This document shows positions 13,382 through 23,385 of a stretch of 25,504 nucleotides of DNA, one piece after another. How positions within the stretch are numbered: position 1 is the stretch's first letter; each line of letters begins with the position of its first letter. A model generated the notes under the pieces. It saw only the letters and a list, made by a program, of their open reading frames with translations, was not told the origin of the DNA and ran no database searches. The DNA is from a virus (lineage: Duplodnaviria > Caudoviricetes). Position numbers and translations under genes: made by a program. Location of the stretch: IMG/VR virus record IMGVR_UViG_3300020413_000071, positions 1 through 25,504 of that record; one strand, written 5' to 3'.

Positions 13382-16300
13382 ATGGCAACATTAACATCAC
13401 CAGGAGTAGAGGTTTCAGTAATAAATGAAAGTTTCTACGTACCATCAGATGCTGGTACTACACCACTATTCATAGTAGCATCATCACAGGATAAACAAAA
13501 CGGAGCAGGAGACGGGACTGCGGCAGGTACACAGACTGCTAACGCCAACACTGCTTTTTTGATTTCATCACAGAGAGAATTAACAGAGACTTTCGGAGAT
13601 CCGAAATTTTACACAGACGCTTCAGGAAATTCATTAAATGGATATGAATTGAACGAATACGGACTACAGGCGGCATACAGTTTCTTAGGAGTTGCCAACA
13701 GAGCATTCGTGCTTAGAGCGAACGTGAACACAGCAGAATTAGTTGGAAGTGCAAACGCTCCAACGGCAAGACCCGCAGATGGCACATATTGGTTTGACCT
13801 TGCATCAAGCTCTTATGGATTATTTGAGTGGTCACAGACTAACCAAACTTTCACAGCAATAACTCCGATATTGATCACTTCAGTTTCTGACCTGGTAGGA
13901 AACGTGTCAACAGGTGCTCCAAAACAAAACGTTGGAAACATCGGCAGTTATGCTATCAACACAACACACGTTACAAACAAGATTTACAAGAAAAACGCAA
14001 GTAACGAATGGAACCATGTAGGATCAAGTGCGTGGCACGCCGCTTTACCAATAATCACAGTTGCTTCAGGTACAACAGTAACTGACGGGCACACAATGGT
14101 AATGAACGATGTAACTATTACGGTATCAGGTACATCATTGGCTAACGTGGCAACAGCAATTGGTTCTAACGTCACTAACGTTACAGCAAGTGTAAACTCC
14201 ACAACAGGTAACCTAGAAATTTTCCACAATGGTCAATTTGCAGGTGACTCAACTGGCGGAGCAGGAACAATCAGATTCAATGAAGGCACGGGAATGTTAG
14301 CAAGTTTAGGAATCACAACAGGTGTTTATAACGGACCTAAATTCCTACAAGCAAAACACACTGACAGACCAACTTGGAAGACTGCAGACGAGAACAGACC
14401 TAACGGTTCTGTTTGGTTCAAGACAACAAGTGCAAACTCAGGTGCGAACATCATATCTAAACTTTACAGCTCATCAGCAGGCTCATTTAGTCAAGTGGCT
14501 TCACCACTTCACGCTACAAACCATTCAGCTATCTTTAATTTAGATGCCGCTGGGGGAGGAGCAAATTTATCAGCAGGTGCATTATACACTCAGTTCAACG
14601 TGACTGAAGAGAGTATGACAGCAAATGATTTAGGCGGAGCAGACACTACAAACAATGTTGGTGACTTCCAAATATTCAGATACGAGGGCGGAGAAACAAT
14701 AATCAACTCTAAAACTACATTCCCAAGCTTCACAGCAGGCGAAACATTCTCAGTACAGGAATCAATCAAGAACCAAGAGGCATTGGACACGGCTAAAACT
14801 GTTACAATGATCTCCGGTGATGGTTCAACTTTGGGTGATGCAGACGACTTTGTAACTGCATTCTCAACAGCAAACTTCACAAACCTAGAAGCATCAGTTA
14901 TAGATTCAGGTGAATTCAAAGGTGCTATCCAGATCAAACACAAACTGGGCGGTGAGTTCAGAATGGTGGACACATTAGGTACTCCATTAGCAGATGCAGG
15001 ATTCAGCACAACAACTGCACACAGTTATGGATCATTCACAGCAAACAGCACAACGTTGATTGACAATTTATATGACGCTCCAACAGGAGAATCATTAGAC
15101 TCATCAGCCAACAATGCTGTTGTGGCTACAAACTTCAAGAGATTGAGCTACACTGCTTCTGCAAGTGAACCAACAAGTGAGCCAGCAGATGGAACACTTT
15201 GGTACAGCACAGTGATTGACGAAGCGGATATCATGGCACACAATGGAACAACTTTTGTTGGATACAAAACAGCTTATTCAACTACAGATCCAAATGGTCC
15301 GCAGTTCAGTGCAACAGCACCAACTACACAGTCAGATGGAACGCCACTTGTGAACAACGACTTATGGATTGATACAAGCGATCTAGAAAACTATCCAAAA
15401 CTTTATAGATACAACACAGCGGCAACATTAAGCTCAACTAACACATCTAACCAAGTTGCAGTCACTACAACAGGTGCGGCATTTGAACTTGTTGACAAAA
15501 CAGACCAGACTACAGAAGATGGAATAGTTTTTGCAGATGCTAGACTGCAGACAACTGCAGAAAAAGCCGACTCAACTGACGCAAACACTGCCGGTCCATT
15601 CAGCACAATCAAGGACCTATTAAGTGACGGATTCTTAGATCCTGATGCGCCAGATCCAAGTGCATTCCCACAAGGCATATTACTTTGGAACACAAGGAGA
15701 AGTGGTTACAACGTCAAGGAATACAAAAACGATTACATCACTACTACGAAATATCCAGGAAGCGGATCAAGTGGTTTAGGTAACATCAGAGCAAGTAACG
15801 AAGCAGTTGGTGGATACTACCCAGACAGATGGGTGACTAAATCTAGCAACAACGCAGACGGTTCTGGATCTTTCGGTAGAAAAGCACAGAGAAAAGTAAT
15901 TGTTGAGCAATTAAAATCAGAGATCGACACTAACCAAGCAATCAGAGAAGACCAAAGAGGCTTTAACGTAATTGCTACACCTGGTTATCCTGAGTTGATA
16001 CAAAACATGATTTCATTGAACACAGATAGAAACAATACAGCGTTTGTTGTTGGAGACACACCTTTCAGATTAGAAGGCAATGCAACAGCAATTACAAACT
16101 ACGCAAACAACTCAGCCGGCGCCCTAGACAACGGCGAAGATGGTCTTGTAAGTGCAAGTGATCACCTAGGCGTATTTTATCCGTCTGGTTTGACTACTGA
16201 CAATACAGGAAAATCAATTGTTGTTCCACCGTCACACATGATGATGAGAGTATTGGCAAACAACGACAACATTGCTTTCCCATGGTTTGCACCATCAGGA

Positions 16301-16822
16301 ACTAGAAGAGGTGTGGTCGACAATGCTACATCAGTTGGTTTCATTGATGCAAGTTCAGGAGAATTCCAAACAATATCTGTAACGGAGTCAGTGAGAGATT
16401 CAATGCATGAAGTTAAAATCAACCCAATTACATTCTTTGCAGGGGCAGGGATTGTTAACTTTGGTAACTTAACTAAAACATCAGCAAGTTCGGCATTAGA
16501 CAGAATAAACGTTTCAAGATTGGCAGTGTTCTTAAGAACACAGCTAGACTCTATTGCGAAACCATTCATATTCGAACCTAATGATGAGCTTACAAGAAAT
16601 GAGATAAAACAAGCAGTTGAATCATTCTTGTTAGAGTTAGTTGGACAGAGAGCATTGTTTGACTTCCTAGTGGTTTGTGATGACACTAACAACACACCTA
16701 CAAGGATTGACAGAAATGAACTGTATGTTGATATAGCAATTGAGCCAGTAAAATCAGTTGAATTTATCTACATACCATTAAGAATCAAAAACACAGGAGA
16801 AATTGCAAAGTTAGGGAACTAA
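13382..16822 (+). CDS. gp18: Tail sheath protein (T4 gp18-like), 1146 aa with large insertions
   Basis: N-terminal LTSPGVEVSVINES and FGDP. C-terminal PWFAPSGTRRG, INPI, DRINVSRL, FIFEPND..TR, VVCDDTNNTP..IDRNELYVDIAIEPVKSVEFI. Confidence 0.95.
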   Translation: MATLTSPGVEVSVINESFYVPSDAGTTPLFIVASSQDKQNGAGDGTAAGTQTANANTAFLISSQRELTETFGDPKFYTDASGNSLNGYELNEYGLQAAYSFLGVANRAFVLRANVNTAELVGSANAPTARPADGTYWFDLASSSYGLFEWSQTNQTFTAITPILITSVSDLVGNVSTGAPKQNVGNIGSYAINTTHVTNKIYKKNASNEWNHVGSSAWHAALPIITVASGTTVTDGHTMVMNDVTITVSGTSLANVATAIGSNVTNVTASVNSTTGNLEIFHNGQFAGDSTGGAGTIRFNEGTGMLASLGITTGVYNGPKFLQAKHTDRPTWKTADENRPNGSVWFKTTSANSGANIISKLYSSSAGSFSQVASPLHATNHSAIFNLDAAGGGANLSAGALYTQFNVTEESMTANDLGGADTTNNVGDFQIFRYEGGETIINSKTTFPSFTAGETFSVQESIKNQEALDTAKTVTMISGDGSTLGDADDFVTAFSTANFTNLEASVIDSGEFKGAIQIKHKLGGEFRMVDTLGTPLADAGFSTTTAHSYGSFTANSTTLIDNLYDAPTGESLDSSANNAVVATNFKRLSYTASASEPTSEPADGTLWYSTVIDEADIMAHNGTTFVGYKTAYSTTDPNGPQFSATAPTTQSDGTPLVNNDLWIDTSDLENYPKLYRYNTAATLSSTNTSNQVAVTTTGAAFELVDKTDQTTEDGIVFADARLQTTAEKADSTDANTAGPFSTIKDLLSDGFLDPDAPDPSAFPQGILLWNTRRSGYNVKEYKNDYITTTKYPGSGSSGLGNIRASNEAVGGYYPDRWVTKSSNNADGSGSFGRKAQRKVIVEQLKSEIDTNQAIREDQRGFNVIATPGYPELIQNMISLNTDRNNTAFVVGDTPFRLEGNATAITNYANNSAGALDNGEDGLVSASDHLGVFYPSGLTTDNTGKSIVVPPSHMMMRVLANNDNIAFPWFAPSGTRRGVVDNATSVGFIDASSGEFQTISVTESVRDSMHEVKINPITFFAGAGIVNFGNLTKTSASSALDRINVSRLAVFLRTQLDSIAKPFIFEPNDELTRNEIKQAVESFLLELVGQRALFDFLVVCDDTNNTPTRIDRNELYVDIAIEPVKSVEFIYIPLRIKNTGEIAKLGN

Positions 16823-16845
16823 TTTTGAATAAATAGGAGAAACAG

Positions 16846-17472
16846 ATGGCAATATCAACTTTATCAAAATTTACAGTACCTTTAGCAAACGATCAAAGTT
16901 CAGCATCACAAGGCTTGTTGATGCCAAAACTACAATATCGTTTTAGAGCGATACTGGAAAATTTTGGAGTATCAACACCAAGATCAGAACTAACAAAACA
17001 AGTTATCGACATAACAAGACCTAACTTGACTTTTGATAACGTGACACTAGATGTGTACAACTCAAAAGTTTATGTTGCAGGGAAACACACTTGGGATCCA
17101 ATAACAATCAACCTAAGAGATGACGTGAACAACTCAGTAACCAAACTTGTTGGCGAACAGATACAGAAACAATTTGATTTCTTTGAACAAAGTTCAGCGG
17201 CATCGGGTATTGACTACAAATTCACTGCTAGAATTGAAATGCTTGACGGTGGTAACGGAGCAAGTGCACCAAATGTGTTAGAAACATTTGAGTTATATGG
17301 TGCTTACGTTGAAAACGTAAACTACAACACACTAGCATACGCTACATCAGATCCAGCTACAATTACTATGTCAGTAAGATATGACAACGCGATCCAAACT
17401 CCACAAGGAACAGGAATTGGAACAGCAGTAGCTAGAACGATCGGTACATTAAGTACAGGTGGTGGACAGTAA
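16846..17472 (+). CDS. gp19: Tail tube protein (T4 gp19-like)
   Basis: Directly follows the sheath gene. Motifs YVAGKHTWDPITINLRDD and FELYGAY...Y..L.Y......I..SVRYD. SD AGGAG. Confidence 0.85.
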   Translation: MAISTLSKFTVPLANDQSSASQGLLMPKLQYRFRAILENFGVSTPRSELTKQVIDITRPNLTFDNVTLDVYNSKVYVAGKHTWDPITINLRDDVNNSVTKLVGEQIQKQFDFFEQSSAASGIDYKFTARIEMLDGGNGASAPNVLETFELYGAYVENVNYNTLAYATSDPATITMSVRYDNAIQTPQGTGIGTAVARTIGTLSTGGGQ

Positions 17473-17505
17473 TAAACAAAATTAAGTTAGCAATTATAAT
17501 ACAGG

Positions 17506-17532
17506 AAAAGCGTCTTTATAGGCGCTTTTTTT
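17506..17532 (+). terminator. Rho-independent terminator after the tail tube gene
   Basis: AAAAGCGTCT-TTAT-AGGCGCTTTT followed by TTT. Confidence 0.85.
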
Positions 17533-17537
17533 GTGAC

Positions 17538-17545
17538 TATAAATA
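17538..17545 (+). promoter_or_regulatory. T4 late promoter consensus TATAAATA
   Basis: Exact consensus, 8 nt before ATG 17554. Confidence 0.8.
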
Positions 17546-17553
17546 ACACTACT

Positions 17554-18942
17554 ATGCCAACAATAAACAATTTCCTGCAAGGTTTCCAAGACGGATTACC
17601 TGGAATGAAAGATTACCAACACGCATCAAGGTTGTATATAGACGACCATTTCAAACTGATGCCGAAACAAAAGTTTCTGTTTCATGTTGTTTTCAACACA
17701 GACGAAACTTTGTTCCAAGATGGTTTCAATGCCAATGAGCGTTATGAATTAAACATGTTGGTAAGGGCATGTGATCTACCAAAATATGATCTCAGTTTAG
17801 AAGAGAAAGTTCAGTACAATAAAAAAATGTATACGGCAACAAGAATTGCGTACGAACCTGTCAATATCACTTTCCACGATGATCATGCAGATACTGTAAA
17901 TGCATTTTGGAAAAAGTATTATGAATATAACATAGCAGATTCTATAGGAATGAACAACGACTTGACTATCTCTAATACTAAAGACGATTACTATGATTTT
18001 GGATCAGCCAGAGCCACTACAAAATTTGGATTAGACACACCAAAAGAAAGACGAAAGCCTTATCTTAAAGGTGTTGAAATTTTCGTGTTACACAAACAAA
18101 GATTTACATCGATGACCCTGGTCAATCCTGTTATAGGATCTTTCTCACATGATAACTTGGATCAGGCCGACGGCGCAGGAGTAATGAACAACACAATGCA
18201 AATTTTATATGAAACAGTAATTTACAAATCTGGCATTATCAATAGAAATAATGTGCCTGGTTTTGCAACCATACATTATGATAGAAGTCCTAGCCCTTTA
18301 ACTGTGCTAGGTGGAGGAACAAACAGCTTATTCGGACCAGGTGGAGTAGTTGATGGCATTGGCTCTGTAATCAGGAATGTACAATCTGGCAATATCCTAG
18401 GTGCAATACTTACAGCATCCAATACATATAACAACGCTAAAAAAATAAAAAAGAGAGATGTAAAAGAAGAATTAAAAGGAATAGCAAAAGAAGGAGTCCT
18501 AGAAGTTGGAAAACAGGCAGGGACAATCACAAATCCTGTGGCACAATTTAATGTCGGAACGGCTGTTGCCGCCGGTGCCGTGATTGCGTTAGCACGTGGA
18601 ACAGCCGATAATAATAATCAATCAAATAATACAGTGATCATCAACCCAACTCCCGACACAAATAATTTTTTAACCGGAGACGAGTCTTTCAATTTGGTAT
18701 CAAATGATACTGCTGTGCGAGATGAGATTGCCGCCGGATTATATTATAAAGACATAGGATCACGTAAAGGACTTACAGTTGCGGAATCAGATGTTGAATA
18801 CACAGGATCTTCAGACAGTGTAAAAACAGTTTACGAAAATAAAGTTATTACAGACATAAGAAAATTAGTTACTGAAGGATACATTAAAATTGTAAGACAA
18901 ACACAAGACGTTGTGATAGCAACTGAGAAGGCATCATTATAA
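17554..18942 (+). CDS. Tube-fold baseplate / tail-tube initiator protein (gp54/gp48-like); start reassigned to MPTIN
   Basis: The N-terminal half has tube-like motifs (DLPKY, YEPVNITFHDD, FWKKY, LVNP.I.SF.HDNLD...YE) and the gene sits directly after the tube gene. Confidence 0.55.
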   Translation: MPTINNFLQGFQDGLPGMKDYQHASRLYIDDHFKLMPKQKFLFHVVFNTDETLFQDGFNANERYELNMLVRACDLPKYDLSLEEKVQYNKKMYTATRIAYEPVNITFHDDHADTVNAFWKKYYEYNIADSIGMNNDLTISNTKDDYYDFGSARATTKFGLDTPKERRKPYLKGVEIFVLHKQRFTSMTLVNPVIGSFSHDNLDQADGAGVMNNTMQILYETVIYKSGIINRNNVPGFATIHYDRSPSPLTVLGGGTNSLFGPGGVVDGIGSVIRNVQSGNILGAILTASNTYNNAKKIKKRDVKEELKGIAKEGVLEVGKQAGTITNPVAQFNVGTAVAAGAVIALARGTADNNNQSNNTVIINPTPDTNNFLTGDESFNLVSNDTAVRDEIAAGLYYKDIGSRKGLTVAESDVEYTGSSDSVKTVYENKVITDIRKLVTEGYIKIVRQTQDVVIATEKASL

Positions 18943-19319
18943 TGACTGAACTATATTCAAATCTACCACCCAAAGAAAAAGATCAATTAGAAAAAACTAT
19001 TGAAAAACTAACCACCGGAAATTATGAACAAGATTACTCATTCAACGTTGGAGAATATGATTCCACTGTTGCATTTTTTGTAAAACGTGGTTTCAGTAGG
19101 ACTTCGGCTGAATCTACTGCATATGCTATTCTTTCACAGGCCAAGATTGATGACATCAAACCTCAACAAATACTGGACCAATTGACATACGCCAATCCGG
19201 CCCTGTTGTCAGAATTAATTACAATAATTTTAAATGCCAACAGGTACAAGTCCAGCAGGTTAGGTGTTAGGAAAACACTTGAAACAAAAGAGACGGTATC
19301 TAGAAACATAATAGACTAA
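18942..19319 (+). CDS. Hypothetical protein (125 aa)
   Basis: TAATG stop/start coupling on both sides, phage-typical composition. Confidence 0.75.
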   Translation: MTELYSNLPPKEKDQLEKTIEKLTTGNYEQDYSFNVGEYDSTVAFFVKRGFSRTSAESTAYAILSQAKIDDIKPQQILDQLTYANPALLSELITIILNANRYKSSRLGVRKTLETKETVSRNIID

Positions 19320-19759
19320 TGCTACCAAGATTTGCAAGGGGCAAATTTTCTCCTAAGAACCAAGAAAAATACGTGGGAACAAAAACTCCGACCTATAGGT
19401 CAAGTTGGGAACATGCATTCATGAGGCTGTGTGATGAACATCCAAACGTATATCAATGGGCGTCCGAATCAATAAAGATCCCTTACAGGCATCCTTTCAC
19501 AGGCAAATATACCGTGTACGTGCCTGATTTCTTTATAATTTACCAAGACAAGAATGGAAAGAAACACGCCGAAATGGTTGAAGTTAAACCTGCTTCCCAG
19601 ACAAACATGCAGTCAGCAGGTAGAAGCATGGCAAAAAAGAAACAGGTTGTCATAAACATGGCGAAGTGGGAAGCCGCCAATGCCTATGCCAAGCAGAGAA
19701 AAATAAGATTTAGAGTAGTGTCAGAAGAACAGTTATTCCACAACGGTAAACGTAAGTAA
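19319..19759 (+). CDS. gp4: Head completion nuclease (T4 gp4-like, TnsA/PD-(D/E)xK fold)
   Basis: GKFSPKNQEKYVG, YRSSWE, WASESIKIPY, YVPDF, EVKP and N.AKWEAA...F.VVSE motifs. Confidence 0.9.
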   Translation: MLPRFARGKFSPKNQEKYVGTKTPTYRSSWEHAFMRLCDEHPNVYQWASESIKIPYRHPFTGKYTVYVPDFFIIYQDKNGKKHAEMVEVKPASQTNMQSAGRSMAKKKQVVINMAKWEAANAYAKQRKIRFRVVSEEQLFHNGKRK

Positions 19760-19767
19760 ATACAGCA

Positions 19768-20295
19768 ATGACAAAAAAATTAGAAGACATTCTTAATTTA
19801 CCAAATGTGAAAGAAGCATTCAAGGAAGTAGACAAAAAAGAAAAAGACAAAAAAATTAAAGAGTCGAATGGACATAACTCCACATCAAAAAATTTAGATC
19901 CAAAAACACAGGCAAACCTACAAAAAAGTTATGCAGAATTTGACAAAATAGCAAACGCCCTGCCTCAGGTCAAAGGATTAGGTGAACTGTCTGACCTAGA
20001 GTTGGACAAACTGGCTGTTGAAGCAGAAGAGAGTTACAAGAATCTCATGGATCTTGGCATGAATGTGGACTCGAGATATTCAGGACGTATATTTGAGGTG
20101 GCAAGTACAATGTTGCGTAATGCCATTGACGCCAAGGGATCCAAGATTGATAAGAAGTTAAAAATGGTTGAATTACAACTTAAAAAGCAGAAATTAGACC
20201 AAGGCAACAAGGACGGTGGTCCCATTGAAGAAAGCGACGGATTTGTGATATCTGACCGTAATGAATTGATGAAGAAACTACTGAAAAAAGACTAA
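19768..20295 (+). CDS. Putative terminase small subunit
   Basis: Helical RIFEVASTMLRNAIDA and C-terminal DRNELMKKL resemble gp16-like TerS patterns. Upstream of TerL, with TAAATA at 19757-62. Confidence 0.5.
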   Translation: MTKKLEDILNLPNVKEAFKEVDKKEKDKKIKESNGHNSTSKNLDPKTQANLQKSYAEFDKIANALPQVKGLGELSDLELDKLAVEAEESYKNLMDLGMNVDSRYSGRIFEVASTMLRNAIDAKGSKIDKKLKMVELQLKKQKLDQGNKDGGPIEESDGFVISDRNELMKKLLKKD

Positions 20296-20304
20296 ATATT
20301 GCAT

Positions 20305-20886
20305 ATGAGCACGTTTAAGGACTATCTATCTGAAGCAGTAAAGTCATATGACTATAAAATAAAGGTTGCAGGAGCACCTAATGACATAGACAAAAATGCT
20401 ATGGAAACTGCCTTGCAAAAATTTGACTTGGCTAAGATGTCAGCAGGAAAAAGCACACCAATTCAGAGTTTGCCTCTTGACTTTCCTTCATTGAAAAACG
20501 AACAAGTAACAATCTTCGACGTGAGCACAAACTATCCTGAGTCACCAAGAGTGATGCAAGAGTACCTTTCAGACATTTTGAGGATACCGGCTACGCACAT
20601 AGTTGTTAGAAAACCGGGTGAGCCCACTGAACAGTACCAAGATGAGATGGAAGCAACTAAAAAATCAGAATACAGGGTAAAACTACAAGACATAGAGTAT
20701 TCAGAACACGGTAAAATTAAACCTGAAGATTTCCATTCCAAAGAAGCAAACATGAGTTTGTTAAAAGAATTGTTAAAAGACAGAGAAGAGAACAAAGACC
20801 AACCAAAAGAAAAATCAAACATAATGCCAAACGAAGACGACAAAACAGCAGGATCACCAATTCACACAGGTCCTGGAAGGGAATAA
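20305..20886 (+). CDS. Hypothetical protein with T4-like capsid-targeting N-terminus; start reassigned to MSTFK
   Basis: MSTFKDYLSE-A resembles the T4 internal-protein leader (MKTYQEFIAE). TAAATA at 20293-98 lies 6 nt before the ATG. Confidence 0.7.
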   Translation: MSTFKDYLSEAVKSYDYKIKVAGAPNDIDKNAMETALQKFDLAKMSAGKSTPIQSLPLDFPSLKNEQVTIFDVSTNYPESPRVMQEYLSDILRIPATHIVVRKPGEPTEQYQDEMEATKKSEYRVKLQDIEYSEHGKIKPEDFHSKEANMSLLKELLKDREENKDQPKEKSNIMPNEDDKTAGSPIHTGPGRE

Positions 20887-20889
20887 ACC

Positions 20890-21741
20890 ATGGAAATGAT
20901 CGACGTGTTAAAAAAATTACAAGAGATTGCAGAAACAAAACCTGAACTGGTCAAGGACGCTGTAGAAAATGTTCAAAGAACAAATCCAAAAGCAGTAGCA
21001 GAAGGCGGAATGAAAGATTACTTACATGGTGAAGCTGAAAAATTATCAAGAGAAGAATTTCTTAAAAAACACGGTGAGAGTCTGAGAGGATTCTACAATG
21101 CGATAAACGGGTCAGAAGATGATGAAGACAGTATTGCAGGAGAGGGCAAAATGATGAAGAAAGAAAATACAAAAGAAACTGTTAAAGAAGATATGCATAT
21201 CACTACTGATTCTCCACAAGAAGCAAGTATGTTGATGCAAATTCTTAAAATGGCAGGCCTACAACCTGTTGATGCTAAAATGATGGGCATGGAACCACCG
21301 CATGGATCTGATATGGATCCAGGTGCTATGAACAAGCAAATGGACACTCCTAGTGACGACGATGCTATGGGCACTATGCAAATGGCCAAAATGCGAGACA
21401 TGATGACCGCACCGGAAGAAGAAAAAGCGGCAGAGACATTTGCCAACGAACCAGAAGAAAAAGTTCAAGACGTAGATAGTTTAGTGAACAAACATTCAGG
21501 TGGATTGAACAGACAGAAAAGTTCTTTCTCTAGAGCAGAGCCAGGTGACAATCCAATGACTGCTGAAGATAAAATCACAGAACAGGATCTTGCAAACAGT
21601 CTAAGAGCACAGTACGAAGGTTTCAAGAAAGCATATCAAGAAGCGGCAAAGCCTGATTATATTGACTTAGACAAGGACGGTAACAAGACCGAGCCAATGA
21701 AGAAAGCGGCTAAAGACAAAGAAGAAAAAGAAGCAAAGTAA
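20890..21741 (+). CDS. Acidic, Met-rich protein, candidate prohead core/internal head protein
   Basis: E/D/K/M-rich, with VAE-G, VKE-D and ITE-Q protease-like sites, an ILKMAG motif and a C-terminal DLDKDG motif. Confidence 0.7.
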   Translation: MEMIDVLKKLQEIAETKPELVKDAVENVQRTNPKAVAEGGMKDYLHGEAEKLSREEFLKKHGESLRGFYNAINGSEDDEDSIAGEGKMMKKENTKETVKEDMHITTDSPQEASMLMQILKMAGLQPVDAKMMGMEPPHGSDMDPGAMNKQMDTPSDDDAMGTMQMAKMRDMMTAPEEEKAAETFANEPEEKVQDVDSLVNKHSGGLNRQKSSFSRAEPGDNPMTAEDKITEQDLANSLRAQYEGFKKAYQEAAKPDYIDLDKDGNKTEPMKKAAKDKEEKEAK

Positions 21742-21780
21742 TACTTTTCTAAGTAAAATCACAGCGTTAAATACTACACT

Positions 21781-23373
21781 ATGGCGTATGTATCACTAGA
21801 CAGCGACCAAATTAAAAAGGCGCACAAAAAACACAAATACACCAAAGAACAAGTAGAACAACTTGAAAAGTGTATGGATGAGGCCAACGGTCCTTTGTAT
21901 TTCATGAAACAATTTATGAAAATACAACATCCGACAAAAGGTGAGATAAAGTTCAAACCTTTTCCCTATCAAGAAAGATTAATTGAAGCATACAACAAAC
22001 ATAGATTTAGCGTTTCAATGTTACCACGACAGACAGGAAAAACAACGTGTGCATCTGGATACCTAATATGGTACGCCATGTTCAAACCAGATTCACAGAT
22101 ACTAATCGCGGCACACAAATACGCAGGAGCATCAGACATTATGTCAAGGGTGCGTTACGCCTACGAGATGTTGCCCAGTTGGATCAAAGCAGGTGTAACA
22201 CAATACAACAGAAACAGCATAGAATTCGACAACGGCTCAAAAATAATGGCAACCACAACAACTGAGAACACAGGACGGGGTATGTCCTTAACAATGATAT
22301 ATTGTGATGAGTTTGCATTCGTACAACCGCCAGAAAAAGCAAAAGAATTCTGGACATCACTGTCTCCGACATTGAGTACAGGTGGTAAGTGCCTGATCAC
22401 TTCAACACCTAACAGTGATGAAGACCAATTTGCCATGATCTGGAAAGAAGCAAACAAAAGATTTGACGAATATGGCAATGATAAGATAGTTGGCACAAAT
22501 GGCTTCTACGCCATGAAAGCACACTGGAGCGAACACCCAGACAGAGACGAAGCGTGGGCAGAAACTGAAAAATCTAGAATAGGTGAAGAAAGATTTCGAA
22601 GGGAACACGAATGTGAATTTTTAATTTTTGATGAAACATTGATATCCAGTTTAGTTTTGGCAGACATGGAAGGCGTCGCGCCTGTGGAAAACACAGGACA
22701 GGTGCGTTGGTTCAAACGTCCAACACCAGGAAACACCTACCTCACTAGTCTTGATCCAAGCATGGGAACAGGTGGAGACTACGCCGCAATACAAGTATTT
22801 GAGTTGCCTTCTTTTGAACAGGTTGCTGAATGGCACCACAATCAAACACCCATGAACCAGCAGGTAAGAATACTGCAAGGCATCAACAAGCACATACATG
22901 ACACAATCATGGAAAAAGATACATCAGCGACTCCGCAGATATTCTATTCAATGGAAAATAATTCTATCGGAGAAGCCGCACTCATGAGAGTAATGGACAT
23001 AGGTGAAGAAAATATAGAAGGAATGTTCCTATCAGAACCTATAAGGAAAGGACACAGACGAAAGTTTAGAAGAGGATTCAACACAACTGCAAAACACAAA
23101 ATAGATGCTTGTACCAAATTCAAAGAACTTATTGAGAACGACAAGATGAAAATTAACTCGCAACTCCTAATCTCCGAGCTAAAGGACTTTGTTGCATCAG
23201 GAATGAGCTATAACGCCAAACCGGGACAGCATGATGACCTAGTAAGTGCATGTTTGTTAATGACCCGTATGATGAAAGTTTTGGCAGATTTTGACCCCAA
23301 AATCTTTGAAAAATGGACAGATAGGACTAGTCAAATCACTCCAATGCCAATATTCGGATCGTTTACAGGTTAA
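21781..23373 (+). CDS. terL: Terminase large subunit (T4 gp17-like)
   Basis: Adenine-binding PYQ, Walker A PRQTGKTT, Walker B IYCDEFAF, coupling motif ITSTPN, nuclease LDPSMGTGGDY and HDDLV. TAAATA at 21768-73. Confidence 0.97.
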   Translation: MAYVSLDSDQIKKAHKKHKYTKEQVEQLEKCMDEANGPLYFMKQFMKIQHPTKGEIKFKPFPYQERLIEAYNKHRFSVSMLPRQTGKTTCASGYLIWYAMFKPDSQILIAAHKYAGASDIMSRVRYAYEMLPSWIKAGVTQYNRNSIEFDNGSKIMATTTTENTGRGMSLTMIYCDEFAFVQPPEKAKEFWTSLSPTLSTGGKCLITSTPNSDEDQFAMIWKEANKRFDEYGNDKIVGTNGFYAMKAHWSEHPDRDEAWAETEKSRIGEERFRREHECEFLIFDETLISSLVLADMEGVAPVENTGQVRWFKRPTPGNTYLTSLDPSMGTGGDYAAIQVFELPSFEQVAEWHHNQTPMNQQVRILQGINKHIHDTIMEKDTSATPQIFYSMENNSIGEAALMRVMDIGEENIEGMFLSEPIRKGHRRKFRRGFNTTAKHKIDACTKFKELIENDKMKINSQLLISELKDFVASGMSYNAKPGQHDDLVSACLLMTRMMKVLADFDPKIFEKWTDRTSQITPMPIFGSFTG

Positions 23374-23385
23374 TAAATACACTAT

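Noticed and set aside
13266-13445. N-terminal extension of the HNH-like ORF given in the ORF track
   Set aside because: It overlaps the sheath gene start and both divergent promoters. A promoter-adjacent ATG at 13265 fits better.
19319-19759. TnsA-like transposase indicating a mobile element
   Set aside because: Motifs and context match T4 gp4 head-completion nuclease. No terminal repeats or other transposition genes.
21781-23373. Intron or intein in the terminase large subunit
   Set aside because: Continuous 530-aa ORF with ATPase and nuclease motifs at normal spacing and no splicing motifs
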